Source: a virus (Duplodnaviria; Caudoviricetes). Taken from it: a stretch of DNA of 64,000 bases. The DNA lies in IMG/VR virus record IMGVR_UViG_3300005365_000003, positions 10,730 to 74,729 of that record; one strand, written 5' to 3'. Each line of letters begins with the position of its first letter. Within the stretch, counting starts at the first letter, position 1. The translations under genes were made by a program, and so were the position numbers. This document shows positions 55,894 through 64,000 of the stretch, piece by piece. Below the pieces are notes generated by a model. It worked only from the letters and a program-made list of their open reading frames with translations. It was not told the DNA's origin and searched no databases.

Positions 55894-58545
55894 ATGAAAA
55901 ATTATTTATTGCTTTTATTTTTAATACCGATAATAGGAATGTCCCAGGGAAATCCTATCAATCCTTATAAGGGATTAGCAACTGGAACAAATACTTATTC
56001 ACTTACCATATCTGATACGAAGGCAACAAATATGCCAGCCGTTCCTGTAACTGGATTGACAATATTAATGAAAGTTACTAACCCTAATTCTGGTGCGAGT
56101 ACGTTAAGGTTAACAACTCCAGCATCATCAACCTATCCAGTAAAGCCAATTACTCAGAATGGTTCTGCTCTTACTGGTGGTGAAATTGTTCAGAGCGTAT
56201 GGAATATTATGACTTATGATAGTTCAAGCGGAGGTCAGTGGCAGCTTATGGGTAGAACGATAGGAACATATACAGGGTCTGTTACAACAGTATCTGTAGT
56301 CACAGCAAACGGAGTAAGCGGAACGGTTGCTAATCCTACCACAACCCCGGCTATTACCTTATCTGTTACACCTAACGTTAGTAATGCAACTGGAGTATTA
56401 CCTATAGCAAACGGAGGAACTAATTCTACACTTACAGCTACATCAGGGACTGTATTGAGGGGAAATGGTACGGCTTGGGTTCCATCTGGATTTACTATGG
56501 ATAATACCTTTCCAGCCTATCAATTGTTATATCCATCAAGTGCCAATACCCTAACATCAAATCCCAATCTATTATATGATGGTACTAGTCTTATGTTAGG
56601 TGCCAATAATTCAGCGGCAGGTATACCACTTTGGATTTACATGTCTTATGCAGGAGAATTACAAAATAGAATTGATAATATTAATACTGGTGCATCATCA
56701 GAAGCCAATTTTAATGTAAATAATTCTTCAAGTTCTCTTAGAATTAGAAAACTATCTACAGGATTTACAACTAGTGGAGAGTTAGTTGCAAATGCAAATG
56801 TTATAGAGGGTAATGGAGGACCACTAATATTTAAGACAGGAGCAGCAGAAAATAAACCAATAATATTCACGCCTAATGGAGTAGTGTCAAAAATGATACT
56901 TGACTATACAGGTTATCTTGGAATAGGAACATCTATATCTCCAACAGAGATCTTACATGTAGGTGGTAATCTTAGACTTGAAGGGGCCTTTATGCCTGGA
57001 AATTCAGCAGGTACAAGTGGTCAGGTTTTAACCTCTGCTGGAGTAGGATCAACACCAACATGGTCAAATGCAAGTTCAGGAACAGTAACAAATATTGCAA
57101 CCGGAACAGGATTAACTGGTGGACCAATAAGTTCAACTGGTACAATATCAATTAGTACTGTACCAGTAGTTAATGGAGGAACTAATATAACATCATATAC
57201 TATTGGTGATATTTTGTATGCTTCAGGATCAACTACTTTATCTAAACTAGCTGGAGTGGCAACCGGAAATTCGTTAATATCAGGAGGGGTAGGCGCTGCT
57301 CCTTCATGGGGAAAAATAGGATTAGCTACTCATGTATCTGGAAATTTACCTGTTGGAAATCTTAATTCTGGTACATCGGCAAGCAGTTCTACTTTTTGGA
57401 GGGGTGATGGAACATGGGCATCACCTCCAGGATCTATTACGACGTTAACCGTAAGTCCTAATGACGGCGTTAGTGGTACTGTTGCAACGCCAACAACTAC
57501 GCCTACGATTACTATAGAATTGGGAGATATTACGCCGCAAACTGTAACAACTGGCAGCGTAATTGTTAATGTATCTAATGTAACAAATCCAATTGGTTTA
57601 CAATCTACTGTAGAAGGAGATTATAGTACAACTGCAAATTCTACTGGAGCTTTAATAAGCGCTAAAGGAGCTTCTACGGTAACTGGAATTGAAATAAATT
57701 ATTTACCAAATGTCGGCGGTATTGGTAATGGGATAACAATAGATGCTACTGCGGCTAATGCAACTGGATCAAATAATGGAATTGGCATAGCAGCATCAGG
57801 AGCTAAATATAATACGGGGCTGACTATTGGGGCAACTGGAGGAGATAATGCTGTAGGTTTAACTATAACAGCCGAAACGGGTTCAGTAGTAACAGCAGCA
57901 ATTTCAGTTGTATCTGGTAATGTTGGAATAGGCACATCAATTACTCCAGAAGCTCAATTAGAAATTCAAAATACAGAAGGTAATGATGCTACATTAGCAT
58001 TAGATGCAGATGATGGTGATGATAATGCTGATACTTGGTTTGCTAAATCAGAAGCTGCAACTGGAGATTTTAGTTTAACAAATCACACCAGTAAAAGACT
58101 AGCAGTAACATCAGATGGTAGACTTTATGGAACAGCACTACATAATAACTCTGGAGCAGTTACCGGTACTACAAATCAATATATTGCATCTGGAACTTAC
58201 ACTGCTACTATAACTAATGGATCTAATGTAACGGCTAATACTGCACAGATTTGTCAATGGATAAGAGTAGGGAATGTAGTTACTGTTAGCGGTGGATTTA
58301 CTGCCACAACTACGGCAGCAGCATTAACTGCAAGCTCTGTTTTTCTTTCACTGCCTATAGTAGTTCCAAGTACATTCTCAAACTTTAGTCAATTAGGAGG
58401 TTCTGGATCAGTAACAGCAGGAGGCACATCTCTAGGAATTACGGCTAATAATGATGGGGGCGTTGCTGTTGCACACGTCAATTGGCTGTCTTCAGGTACT
58501 GGTTCTCTTAATTATACATTTTCATTTCAATATCTAATTTTTTAA
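55894..58545 (+). CDS. tail fibre-like protein with N-terminal signal peptide
   Basis: [17 protein letters not shown]|Q; fibre repeats [31 protein letters not shown]...[12 protein letters not shown]. Confidence 0.7.
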   Translation: MKNYLLLLFLIPIIGMSQGNPINPYKGLATGTNTYSLTISDTKATNMPAVPVTGLTILMKVTNPNSGASTLRLTTPASSTYPVKPITQNGSALTGGEIVQSVWNIMTYDSSSGGQWQLMGRTIGTYTGSVTTVSVVTANGVSGTVANPTTTPAITLSVTPNVSNATGVLPIANGGTNSTLTATSGTVLRGNGTAWVPSGFTMDNTFPAYQLLYPSSANTLTSNPNLLYDGTSLMLGANNSAAGIPLWIYMSYAGELQNRIDNINTGASSEANFNVNNSSSSLRIRKLSTGFTTSGELVANANVIEGNGGPLIFKTGAAENKPIIFTPNGVVSKMILDYTGYLGIGTSISPTEILHVGGNLRLEGAFMPGNSAGTSGQVLTSAGVGSTPTWSNASSGTVTNIATGTGLTGGPISSTGTISISTVPVVNGGTNITSYTIGDILYASGSTTLSKLAGVATGNSLISGGVGAAPSWGKIGLATHVSGNLPVGNLNSGTSASSSTFWRGDGTWASPPGSITTLTVSPNDGVSGTVATPTTTPTITIELGDITPQTVTTGSVIVNVSNVTNPIGLQSTVEGDYSTTANSTGALISAKGASTVTGIEINYLPNVGGIGNGITIDATAANATGSNNGIGIAASGAKYNTGLTIGATGGDNAVGLTITAETGSVVTAAISVVSGNVGIGTSITPEAQLEIQNTEGNDATLALDADDGDDNADTWFAKSEAATGDFSLTNHTSKRLAVTSDGRLYGTALHNNSGAVTGTTNQYIASGTYTATITNGSNVTANTAQICQWIRVGNVVTVSGGFTATTTAAALTASSVFLSLPIVVPSTFSNFSQLGGSGSVTAGGTSLGITANNDGGVAVAHVNWLSSGTGSLNYTFSFQYLIF

Positions 58546-58555
58546 ATTAATGCTA

Positions 58556-60298
58556 ATGAAAAAATACATTTTATCACTATTCATAATTATAGCTTGCTTT
58601 ATGGCAAATGCTACAACTTATTATGTATCACTAACTGGAAGCAACGGTAACTCCGGACTTACAGAAGCTTTGGCATGGAGGACATTAACTTACGCTGTTG
58701 GCGGATCCTCTCCAGTAGTTGCGGGGGATTTAATTTATGTAAAATGCGGAAACTATGGTAATGAAAATGTTGTATTTTCAAAAGAGGGGTCATGCGGATT
58801 GCCTTTAACAGTTAGGGGGTATAAAACCACTCCAGGAGAATCAATTACCGCTCTTATAAATCAAGCTAACCCATATACAGCATATACTACAACAGCAATG
58901 CCTACTTATACAGGTAGCAGCAGAACGACCGGAATAGCTATAGATACAAGAGATAGGGATTATATAAATATTGAGAATATTCAAATAACAGCCTATGCTT
59001 ATGGATTATTATCTGGATCAGCAGATACAACTGCAAATATTAATCTATACAACGTAAATTGTATGACAATAGGGGACCCATCAAATACATATTTAGGACA
59101 AGGAATATTATATGGAAGCATGGGAACACAATGGGGAGATAGAAATAAAATTGTGAATTGTTTAGTTGTTAATTGTTGTGCAGAAGGAGTAAACTTTAAT
59201 GGAGATAATAATGTTGCTTATGGATGTAAGGTCTATTGTAATGAGCAAAATACTATTGGTTACGAGCAAACGGATTATTATTTTATGTGCTGCGGAAACT
59301 ACAATCGGTTAGACCATTGTTATGGAGAAAGAGCGGCGGCAGTAGCGGCAGCAGGAAGTCAGAGTATTCACGGATTCTCATTTAAGACAAATGCTGAACA
59401 AGTTATAGATCAGGGATTACCATACCCAACAATATCAGCTAAATATAATGTAGCTTATTATTGCGGAATGAGAAATGCAGATGAAGGATTTTGTGCCAGA
59501 CACCGTTTGGCTCAATATAATTTATTTTCTCACTGTTATGCACGCGGAACACATACTGGATCAAGCGCGGCTAGTGGTAATGGAAATCTGATAACATGGA
59601 GAGATGGGGCTAGTTATAATACAGCAGATGCTTGTAATGGAGATTCCTTATACTCTTTCTATGAAATTTATGACACATCAGAAGATGGCGGATCTCATCC
59701 TGGAACTGGAAATAAAATAATTAATTCATGGGGGGCAAACTGCTATGCAACAAATTACTTCAACAATCCTTCCGGAAGTTCAACATATACAGTAGATTGT
59801 GGGCAGCATTTGGTGGCAAACTGCTCTTTCTATTTAACAAGATACTTACATATATGTTCTACTCATTGCGCCAATATGATTTTCCAGGGAAATATTTACT
59901 ATGGAAACTCAGATGTTGGGTCTGGTGGTTATTTTGCAGGTGGAACATATTCAGCAGATATAACAGCAGGAGAATTTACTGACTGCGATTATTACAAACA
60001 ACAAGGAGGAGTTTCTGCTCCAATATTAGCAAGCACTGGAAGCAAAACAGTTACACCATCATATACTAATGCAGCAGCAAGAAATTTTATTCTTGGAGGA
60101 TCCTCGGCAATGTTAAACGCTAATTCACACATAACTGCCGAAACAGTACCTATAGTAGCTATGTGTCAGTTTGCAACACCAAATAATAATCTTGATGATT
60201 TCGATAGAAATGTTTATAATGTGAGAAACATACCTCATATAACAAGAAATTACGATGGAGTAGTAAAATTTGGAGCAAGAAATATTGGGTGCTATTGA
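58556..60298 (+). CDS. right-handed beta-helix (pectate-lyase-like) protein with signal peptide
   Basis: MKKYILSLFIIIACFMANA|TTYYVS..GSNGNSG....AWRTL; Asn/Cys ladder repeats. Confidence 0.7.
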   Translation: MKKYILSLFIIIACFMANATTYYVSLTGSNGNSGLTEALAWRTLTYAVGGSSPVVAGDLIYVKCGNYGNENVVFSKEGSCGLPLTVRGYKTTPGESITALINQANPYTAYTTTAMPTYTGSSRTTGIAIDTRDRDYINIENIQITAYAYGLLSGSADTTANINLYNVNCMTIGDPSNTYLGQGILYGSMGTQWGDRNKIVNCLVVNCCAEGVNFNGDNNVAYGCKVYCNEQNTIGYEQTDYYFMCCGNYNRLDHCYGERAAAVAAAGSQSIHGFSFKTNAEQVIDQGLPYPTISAKYNVAYYCGMRNADEGFCARHRLAQYNLFSHCYARGTHTGSSAASGNGNLITWRDGASYNTADACNGDSLYSFYEIYDTSEDGGSHPGTGNKIINSWGANCYATNYFNNPSGSSTYTVDCGQHLVANCSFYLTRYLHICSTHCANMIFQGNIYYGNSDVGSGGYFAGGTYSADITAGEFTDCDYYKQQGGVSAPILASTGSKTVTPSYTNAAARNFILGGSSAMLNANSHITAETVPIVAMCQFATPNNNLDDFDRNVYNVRNIPHITRNYDGVVKFGARNIGCY

Positions 60299-60331
60299 AT
60301 ATCATTAATAACAATTAAAATAAATACACAT

Positions 60332-60637
60332 ATGACACCGTCAACACCGTCACTTTGGACCATCCTAAAACAAACCATTATCGAGCAAGGGAAAGGTAGT
60401 TGTAAGAGAGTACTGGCTTATATTTTAACTAGTCTTGCATCTTTTATCATAGTTCATGCGCAAATAACTGGAGGCGAAGTGGATTATGGAGTGTTATCTC
60501 AGCTATTAATTGCCATAGGCGCATTGCTTTCAATAAGTGCTTTTCAACAAATAAAAGGAGTGAAGGGCGGTGTTGTACCTCCTATACTCGAAACCGTCAA
60601 TCCGGACAATCCAAATACTCCTCCTGTAAAAGGGTGA
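60332..60637 (+). CDS. holin-like two-TM protein
   Basis: GSCKRV motif, two TM helices, start of lysis cassette. Confidence 0.55.
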   Translation: MTPSTPSLWTILKQTIIEQGKGSCKRVLAYILTSLASFIIVHAQITGGEVDYGVLSQLLIAIGALLSISAFQQIKGVKGGVVPPILETVNPDNPNTPPVKG

Positions 60638-60638
60638 C

Positions 60639-60992
60639 ATGATGAAGTATATTGTAAGTATAATAAGCATTGTTGGGATATTGCTATTTATGGGCAACTA
60701 TTCTATCTGCGATTATTTCTATTACAATGATCTTGAAAAATGGTGGAGTTTAAAGCAAAACCTTTATAATGTTGTTATTTTCATCTTTCAGTTTCTTGCG
60801 TTTTATTATGTTGCCGAAGCTGTAGCTAAGTCGGTGTTGTGTTTTGGATTCATGATAAGCTTTGCAAATATCGTAGATAGACTGTTTTTTGACGTAAAAA
60901 CATTTGAGTCAGATGACATAGCAATGCTTATATTTGCTTTAATATTTTCAACGCTATTTTATTTTACCAATAAAGCTAGTGGAACAAAATGA
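60639..60992 (+). CDS. multi-pass membrane protein
   Basis: Four hydrophobic segments; NIVDRLFFD. Confidence 0.6.
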   Translation: MMKYIVSIISIVGILLFMGNYSICDYFYYNDLEKWWSLKQNLYNVVIFIFQFLAFYYVAEAVAKSVLCFGFMISFANIVDRLFFDVKTFESDDIAMLIFALIFSTLFYFTNKASGTK

Positions 60993-61260
60993 ACAGATAT
61001 ATAAGAGGCTAGATAAACTCTCTGATGCTCTGGAAAGTCATATAGAGAAAAGCGGAGCTGACGCTACAGATATGAAGTTGTCCCTACAAGAGATCAAGCA
61101 ATACCAAAAATCAGATCGTGAATTACTAAAAGCTCACCAGGACAAACTTACGGAGTGGGATTCTATACGAGACTTCAGTAAAGGTATAATATTCGTTGTA
61201 GGGTTATTGTGGCTTGGGCTTACAGGATTTGTATCGTGGTTATTTTCAAGGCACCCATAA
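60979..61260 (+). CDS. coiled-coil plus C-terminal TM protein (XhlA-like holin candidate)
   Basis: N-terminal coiled coil, single C-terminal TM, abuts endolysin. Confidence 0.55.
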   Translation: MEQNEQIYKRLDKLSDALESHIEKSGADATDMKLSLQEIKQYQKSDRELLKAHQDKLTEWDSIRDFSKGIIFVVGLLWLGLTGFVSWLFSRHP

Positions 61261-61646
61261 TGACACTAAGAGAAAAACAATCAATTTTTACATTCAATAT
61301 TCATAGGCTTATAGAACAGGCTTATAAACTAGGCTTTGAATTAACTGCTGGAGAGCTTTACAGGACTCCAGAGCAGCAAAAGATATATTTCGACACCGGC
61401 AGAAGCAAAACCATGCATAGCCTTCATATAGAGCGATTGGCGGTAGATTTTAACATATTTAAGGACGGGAGGATGCTATTTCAAGAATCGACCCAATATG
61501 AACAGGATGTAATGACTTGTAAGCCACTTGGTGATTATTGGGTATCTTTAAATACGGCAAACAGTTGGGGTGCTGATTGGGGAAAGGACAACAATCCGCT
61601 TAATGATAAATTTCGTGATCCATATCATTTTCAGATGAATCATTAA
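61260..61646 (+). CDS. endolysin, M15 family peptidase
   Basis: Start re-called to 61260; YRTPEQQ, SLH..RLAVD, WGADW, RDPYHFQ. Confidence 0.9.
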   Translation: MTLREKQSIFTFNIHRLIEQAYKLGFELTAGELYRTPEQQKIYFDTGRSKTMHSLHIERLAVDFNIFKDGRMLFQESTQYEQDVMTCKPLGDYWVSLNTANSWGADWGKDNNPLNDKFRDPYHFQMNH

Positions 61647-61650
61647 ATAA

Positions 61651-61767
61651 ATGTGGCCTTTAGTAATAAAAGCAGTTATCTGGATAGGTCGTTTAGCAGT
61701 GGAGAATTTTATTTCTGAATACGTAAAGAATAAAGCCTCTAAAATAAAACATAAACTCAAAAAATAA
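61651..61767 (+). CDS. 38-aa cationic amphipathic peptide (not in ORF track)
   Basis: MWPLVIKAVIWIGRLAVENFISEYVKNKASKIKHKLKK. Confidence 0.55.
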   Translation: MWPLVIKAVIWIGRLAVENFISEYVKNKASKIKHKLKK

Positions 61768-61775
61768 AAATCACA

Positions 61776-62012
61776 ATGACAACATCATCTACTACTACCA
61801 CTACTCCACCAAAACGCAACTACACAAAGATGGTATTTATGGCTATAGGATTTGTACTGGCGCTGCTTGGAACCGATCACTATACTACTCAGTGGATAAG
61901 CGGAGGTGCTGAGATAACAGTTACTGATAAGAATATTGTTATTTCGCCTATAGATACAATAATCAAAAAAGACACCAACATCACACCGATGCAAAAGGCA
62001 ATTAGCAAATAA
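61776..62012 (+). CDS. single-TM protein, possible lysis accessory
   Basis: Thr-rich N-terminus, one TM helix. Confidence 0.55.
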   Translation: MTTSSTTTTTPPKRNYTKMVFMAIGFVLALLGTDHYTTQWISGGAEITVTDKNIVISPIDTIIKKDTNITPMQKAISK

Positions 62013-62016
62013 TTAC

Positions 62017-62205
62017 ATGAGTTATCTGAGATTCATTTTAAAAGGTATTTGGCTATTATTTACCATCATATTCTTGTTTTTTAACGCAATTTGCATATAT
62101 GTTGCGTGGGTAGACCGGAAATCATGGTACGTACTTCCAATTATAGGGATCCTCGATGTAATGTTTTTTGTTTTTTCTATAGATGAATATAATAGAATAA
62201 AATGA
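62017..62205 (+). CDS. small two-TM membrane protein
   Basis: Two hydrophobic helices. Confidence 0.55.
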   Translation: MSYLRFILKGIWLLFTIIFLFFNAICIYVAWVDRKSWYVLPIIGILDVMFFVFSIDEYNRIK

Positions 62206-62309
62206 AAAAGATAAAAGACTTTATCTCCAACATCAGCTACTGGACGTGGTCTTTTCTGATGGCACTGTTTGTTATTGCTATAGGAATATATTTTAACGCT
62301 TGTAACTAA
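62202..62309 (+). CDS. 35-aa membrane peptide (not in ORF track)
   Basis: MKKIKDFISNISYWTWSFLMALFVIAIGIYFNACN; ATGA coupling. Confidence 0.45.
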   Translation: MKKIKDFISNISYWTWSFLMALFVIAIGIYFNACN

Positions 62310-62316
62310 TCGCCAC

Positions 62317-62823
62317 ATGAGCATCTACACAATATCAGCCGGTAACCACTACGCCAACGGCGTTAACTTTGGCATACACTCATCAGGCAAGACTGTTTCG
62401 AAAGTAGCTATCTTCCATTCAAACTGCGCTTATGATCTCGGCAATGTAAATCAGGCAGATATAAATAAGCTGTACGGATTTTCTGTTGGACTATTTTCTG
62501 GTAATGATTACAATTCAGCTAGGTTCGGATGGAGATGGAGTATAGAGAAGCAGAAAATAGAACTATTGGCGTATGTTTATATTAACGGTGTTAGGATCAA
62601 TGAATGGGATGCAGATATATCGATGGGATTTTTTGATCTAAATGTTGAAATATTTACTGAAATATCTGTTTTGCTTAGTGGATACAGATTCAGAACTGTA
62701 AATAATGGTATTGAAATAATTAAACTTGTACGCAGAGGCGGCAGCGGAATGGGATACAATCAATACCCCTATTTCGGCGGTGATGAAGTTGCTCCGCACA
62801 CAATGACGATAGAGTTGAAATAG
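62317..62823 (+). CDS. hypothetical beta-sandwich protein
   Basis: DINKLYGFS...NSARFGWRW...PYFGG motif. Confidence 0.65.
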   Translation: MSIYTISAGNHYANGVNFGIHSSGKTVSKVAIFHSNCAYDLGNVNQADINKLYGFSVGLFSGNDYNSARFGWRWSIEKQKIELLAYVYINGVRINEWDADISMGFFDLNVEIFTEISVLLSGYRFRTVNNGIEIIKLVRRGGSGMGYNQYPYFGGDEVAPHTMTIELK

Positions 62824-62829
62824 ATTCTA

Positions 62830-62958
62830 TCATGAGCTACACTTCGCTATTATCGTTACCACTATTATAATAATCGCCTTGACTATCATGAACATCATAG
62901 GCATGTAGAATAATCCCCTTTGTCGTTGTGGTTTCTTCTTAAAATTCAGCGGCAGCAT
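62830..62958 (-). CDS. possible 42-aa membrane peptide
   Basis: MLPLNFKKKPQRQRGLFYMPMMFMIVKAIIIIVVTIIAKCSS; basic then hydrophobic. Confidence 0.25.
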   Translation of the reverse strand: MLPLNFKKKPQRQRGLFYMPMMFMIVKAIIIIVVTIIAKCSS

Positions 62959-63115
62959 AGTATATTCCCAGTTTACAACAAAGTAACGGAGGTGGGCCCT
63001 AAAAGTTAGGGTACAAAGTGGGGCGACATTTACATTAGAGGATGTAAATTGGTGTGTTCATTGTGTGTTAATAAAATAAATATTGCACATTGTATTGTGG
63101 AACAGAAAGGTTTCA

Positions 63116-63123
63116 TACATTTG
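63116..63123 (+). promoter_or_regulatory. sigma-70 -7 element
   Basis: TACATTTG upstream of 63150. Confidence 0.6.
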
Positions 63124-63149
63124 TGTTATAATTAATCTAATCAAACAAA

Positions 63150-63497
63150 ATGAAAAACAAAAATCAATTCAGACAGGGAGATGTGTTCATAGAGAAAATC
63201 AATGAACTTCCTTCCGGTCTGAAGAAAAAGAAAGACAACATCGTTGCTGTTGGAGAATCCATGAATCACGCCCATGCAATGTTTGGAGAAGTTGATGTTC
63301 TTGAAAAATCAGAAGAAGTATTTCTTGATGTTCGTGAAGAAGCAGAACTAAAACACATTCTTCTTGAGGCAGGAATTGCTACTGAAAACTGGACCAAAGA
63401 ACATCATCCGGTTACGTTGAAGCCAGGTAAGTATAAAGTGATTCAGCAACAACAATACGATCCTTACAAGAAAGCTGCCGAACGTGTAAGAGATTAA
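63150..63497 (+). CDS. QGDV-type His-rich protein, usual partner of DUF6745
   Basis: RQGDV, AVGESMNHAH, EHHPVTLKPGKY...QQQYDP. Confidence 0.75.
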   Translation: MKNKNQFRQGDVFIEKINELPSGLKKKKDNIVAVGESMNHAHAMFGEVDVLEKSEEVFLDVREEAELKHILLEAGIATENWTKEHHPVTLKPGKYKVIQQQQYDPYKKAAERVRD

Positions 63498-63516
63498 TTA
63501 ACCATAACCATAACAC

Positions 63517-64000
63517 ATGAGTAAATTAGAAAAGCTATCCCCCAGCCAAGAAAAGATCATGTTAGAAACGCGTGATTTTTGGAATGATTATATATTCTCT
63601 TGTAAAAATTATATCAATAAAGAGAAGGCTAAGGTAAATATTGAATGGTTGTATGATTTGGCAAAAGTTAAGTCAAAGCCAGTTGTTGTTTATGTTGACA
63701 GTCCTATGGGATGTCAATTAGCTGTTACTTATTTGAAAGAGTTCATTAAGCAGGCAAAAATAAATCGCTCTACGGCCAGCGTGTGGGACAGCGTGGGGGC
63801 CAGCGTGAGGGCCAGCGTGTGGGACAGCGTGTGGGCCAGCGTGGGGGACAGCGTGAGGGCCAGCGTGTGGGACAGCGTGTGGGCCAGCGTGGGGGACAGC
63901 GTGGGGGCCAGCGTGTGGGACAGCGTGAGGGCCAGCGTGAGGGACAGCGTGAGGGCCAGCGTGATGGCCAGCGTGGGGGCCAGCGTGTGGGACAGCGTGT
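63517..64000 (+). CDS. DUF6745-like protein with tetrapeptide repeats (3'-truncated)
   Basis: MSKLEKLSP.QEK...W......A...I..LY.......P.VVYVDSP then (SV[WGR][DA])n. Confidence 0.75.
   Translation, partial: MSKLEKLSPSQEKIMLETRDFWNDYIFSCKNYINKEKAKVNIEWLYDLAKVKSKPVVVYVDSPMGCQLAVTYLKEFIKQAKINRSTASVWDSVGASVRASVWDSVWASVGDSVRASVWDSVWASVGDSVGASVWDSVRASVRDSVRASVMASVGASVWDSV
63775..64000 (+). repeat. 12-bp coding tandem repeat, about 19 units
   Basis: Units of G[AC]CAGCGTG[TGA]GG (one ATG variant) running to the window end. Confidence 0.95.

Noticed and set aside
657-62152. Apparent abundance of GGATCC and TCCGGA
   Set aside because: Plausibly due to Gly-Ser, Asp-Pro and Pro-Asp codon pairs; not polar or clustered; needs a codon-aware count I cannot run
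292-62759. Many short ORF-track entries antisense or out of frame to larger genes (e.g. 8170-8514, 16907-17275, 22473-22787, 47669-49894, 53371-53676)
   Set aside because: Shadow ORFs of well-supported genes, with no start context or recognisable motifs
1-64000. Stop-codon reassignment as in some crAss-like phages
   Set aside because: Structural genes are long and uninterrupted under the standard code, and all three stop codons end genes
1-64000. tRNA genes, integrase, diversity-generating retroelement, invertible fibre cassette
   Set aside because: No cloverleaf/T-loop pattern, recombinase, reverse transcriptase, template/variable repeat pair or flanking inverted repeats seen by eye
63775-64000. 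CRISPR array or DGR variable region
   Set aside because: 12-bp units with no unique spacers, in frame within a DUF6745-like ORF; variation is not adenine-specific

Overview
A 64-kb segment of a dsDNA tailed phage (standard genetic code). The host is very likely a Bacteroidota: many TAnnTTTG sigma-70 -7 elements, and A-rich start contexts without Shine-Dalgarno sites. Layout: (1) 1-5.6 kb, + strand: end of a nucleic-acid metabolism cluster (DUF3307, RlaP-like nucleotidyltransferase, PNK-type phosphatase, HNH-like, RusA, DUF1367). (2) 5.6-11.1 kb and 13.2-19.8 kb, - strand: dense small ORFs including two DNA methyltransferases. They flank an 11.2-13.2 kb switch region with an HTH gene and GC-rich non-coding signals that may be the physical end or packaging site. 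(3) 19.9-60.3 kb, + strand: short-tailed virion module resembling crAss-related Bacteroidota podophages (triple GroES, two decoration-like proteins, TerL, portal, scaffold, MCP, ring and muzzle proteins, GNAT, three ejection proteins, fibres, SGNH hydrolase, beta-helix protein), interrupted by small - strand cassettes and an HNH-AP2 endonuclease. (4) 60.3-62.8 kb: lysis cassette with an M15 endolysin. (5) A QGDV/DUF6745 gene pair with a 12-bp tandem array running off the end. Best leads: a polar 9-mer GTCCACTTG (8 exact copies in the first 15 kb, all pointing toward ~13 kb); a promoter-driven, hairpin-rich ORF-poor region between terL and portal (candidate ncRNA); tail-fibre-like genes with Sec signal peptides; a duplicated ECF-like early promoter; a three-domain GroES; a disruptin-like peptide after the endolysin. 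No tRNA, CRISPR array, integrase, reverse transcriptase or RNA polymerase was seen. All family calls come from motif recognition by eye, not database searches.
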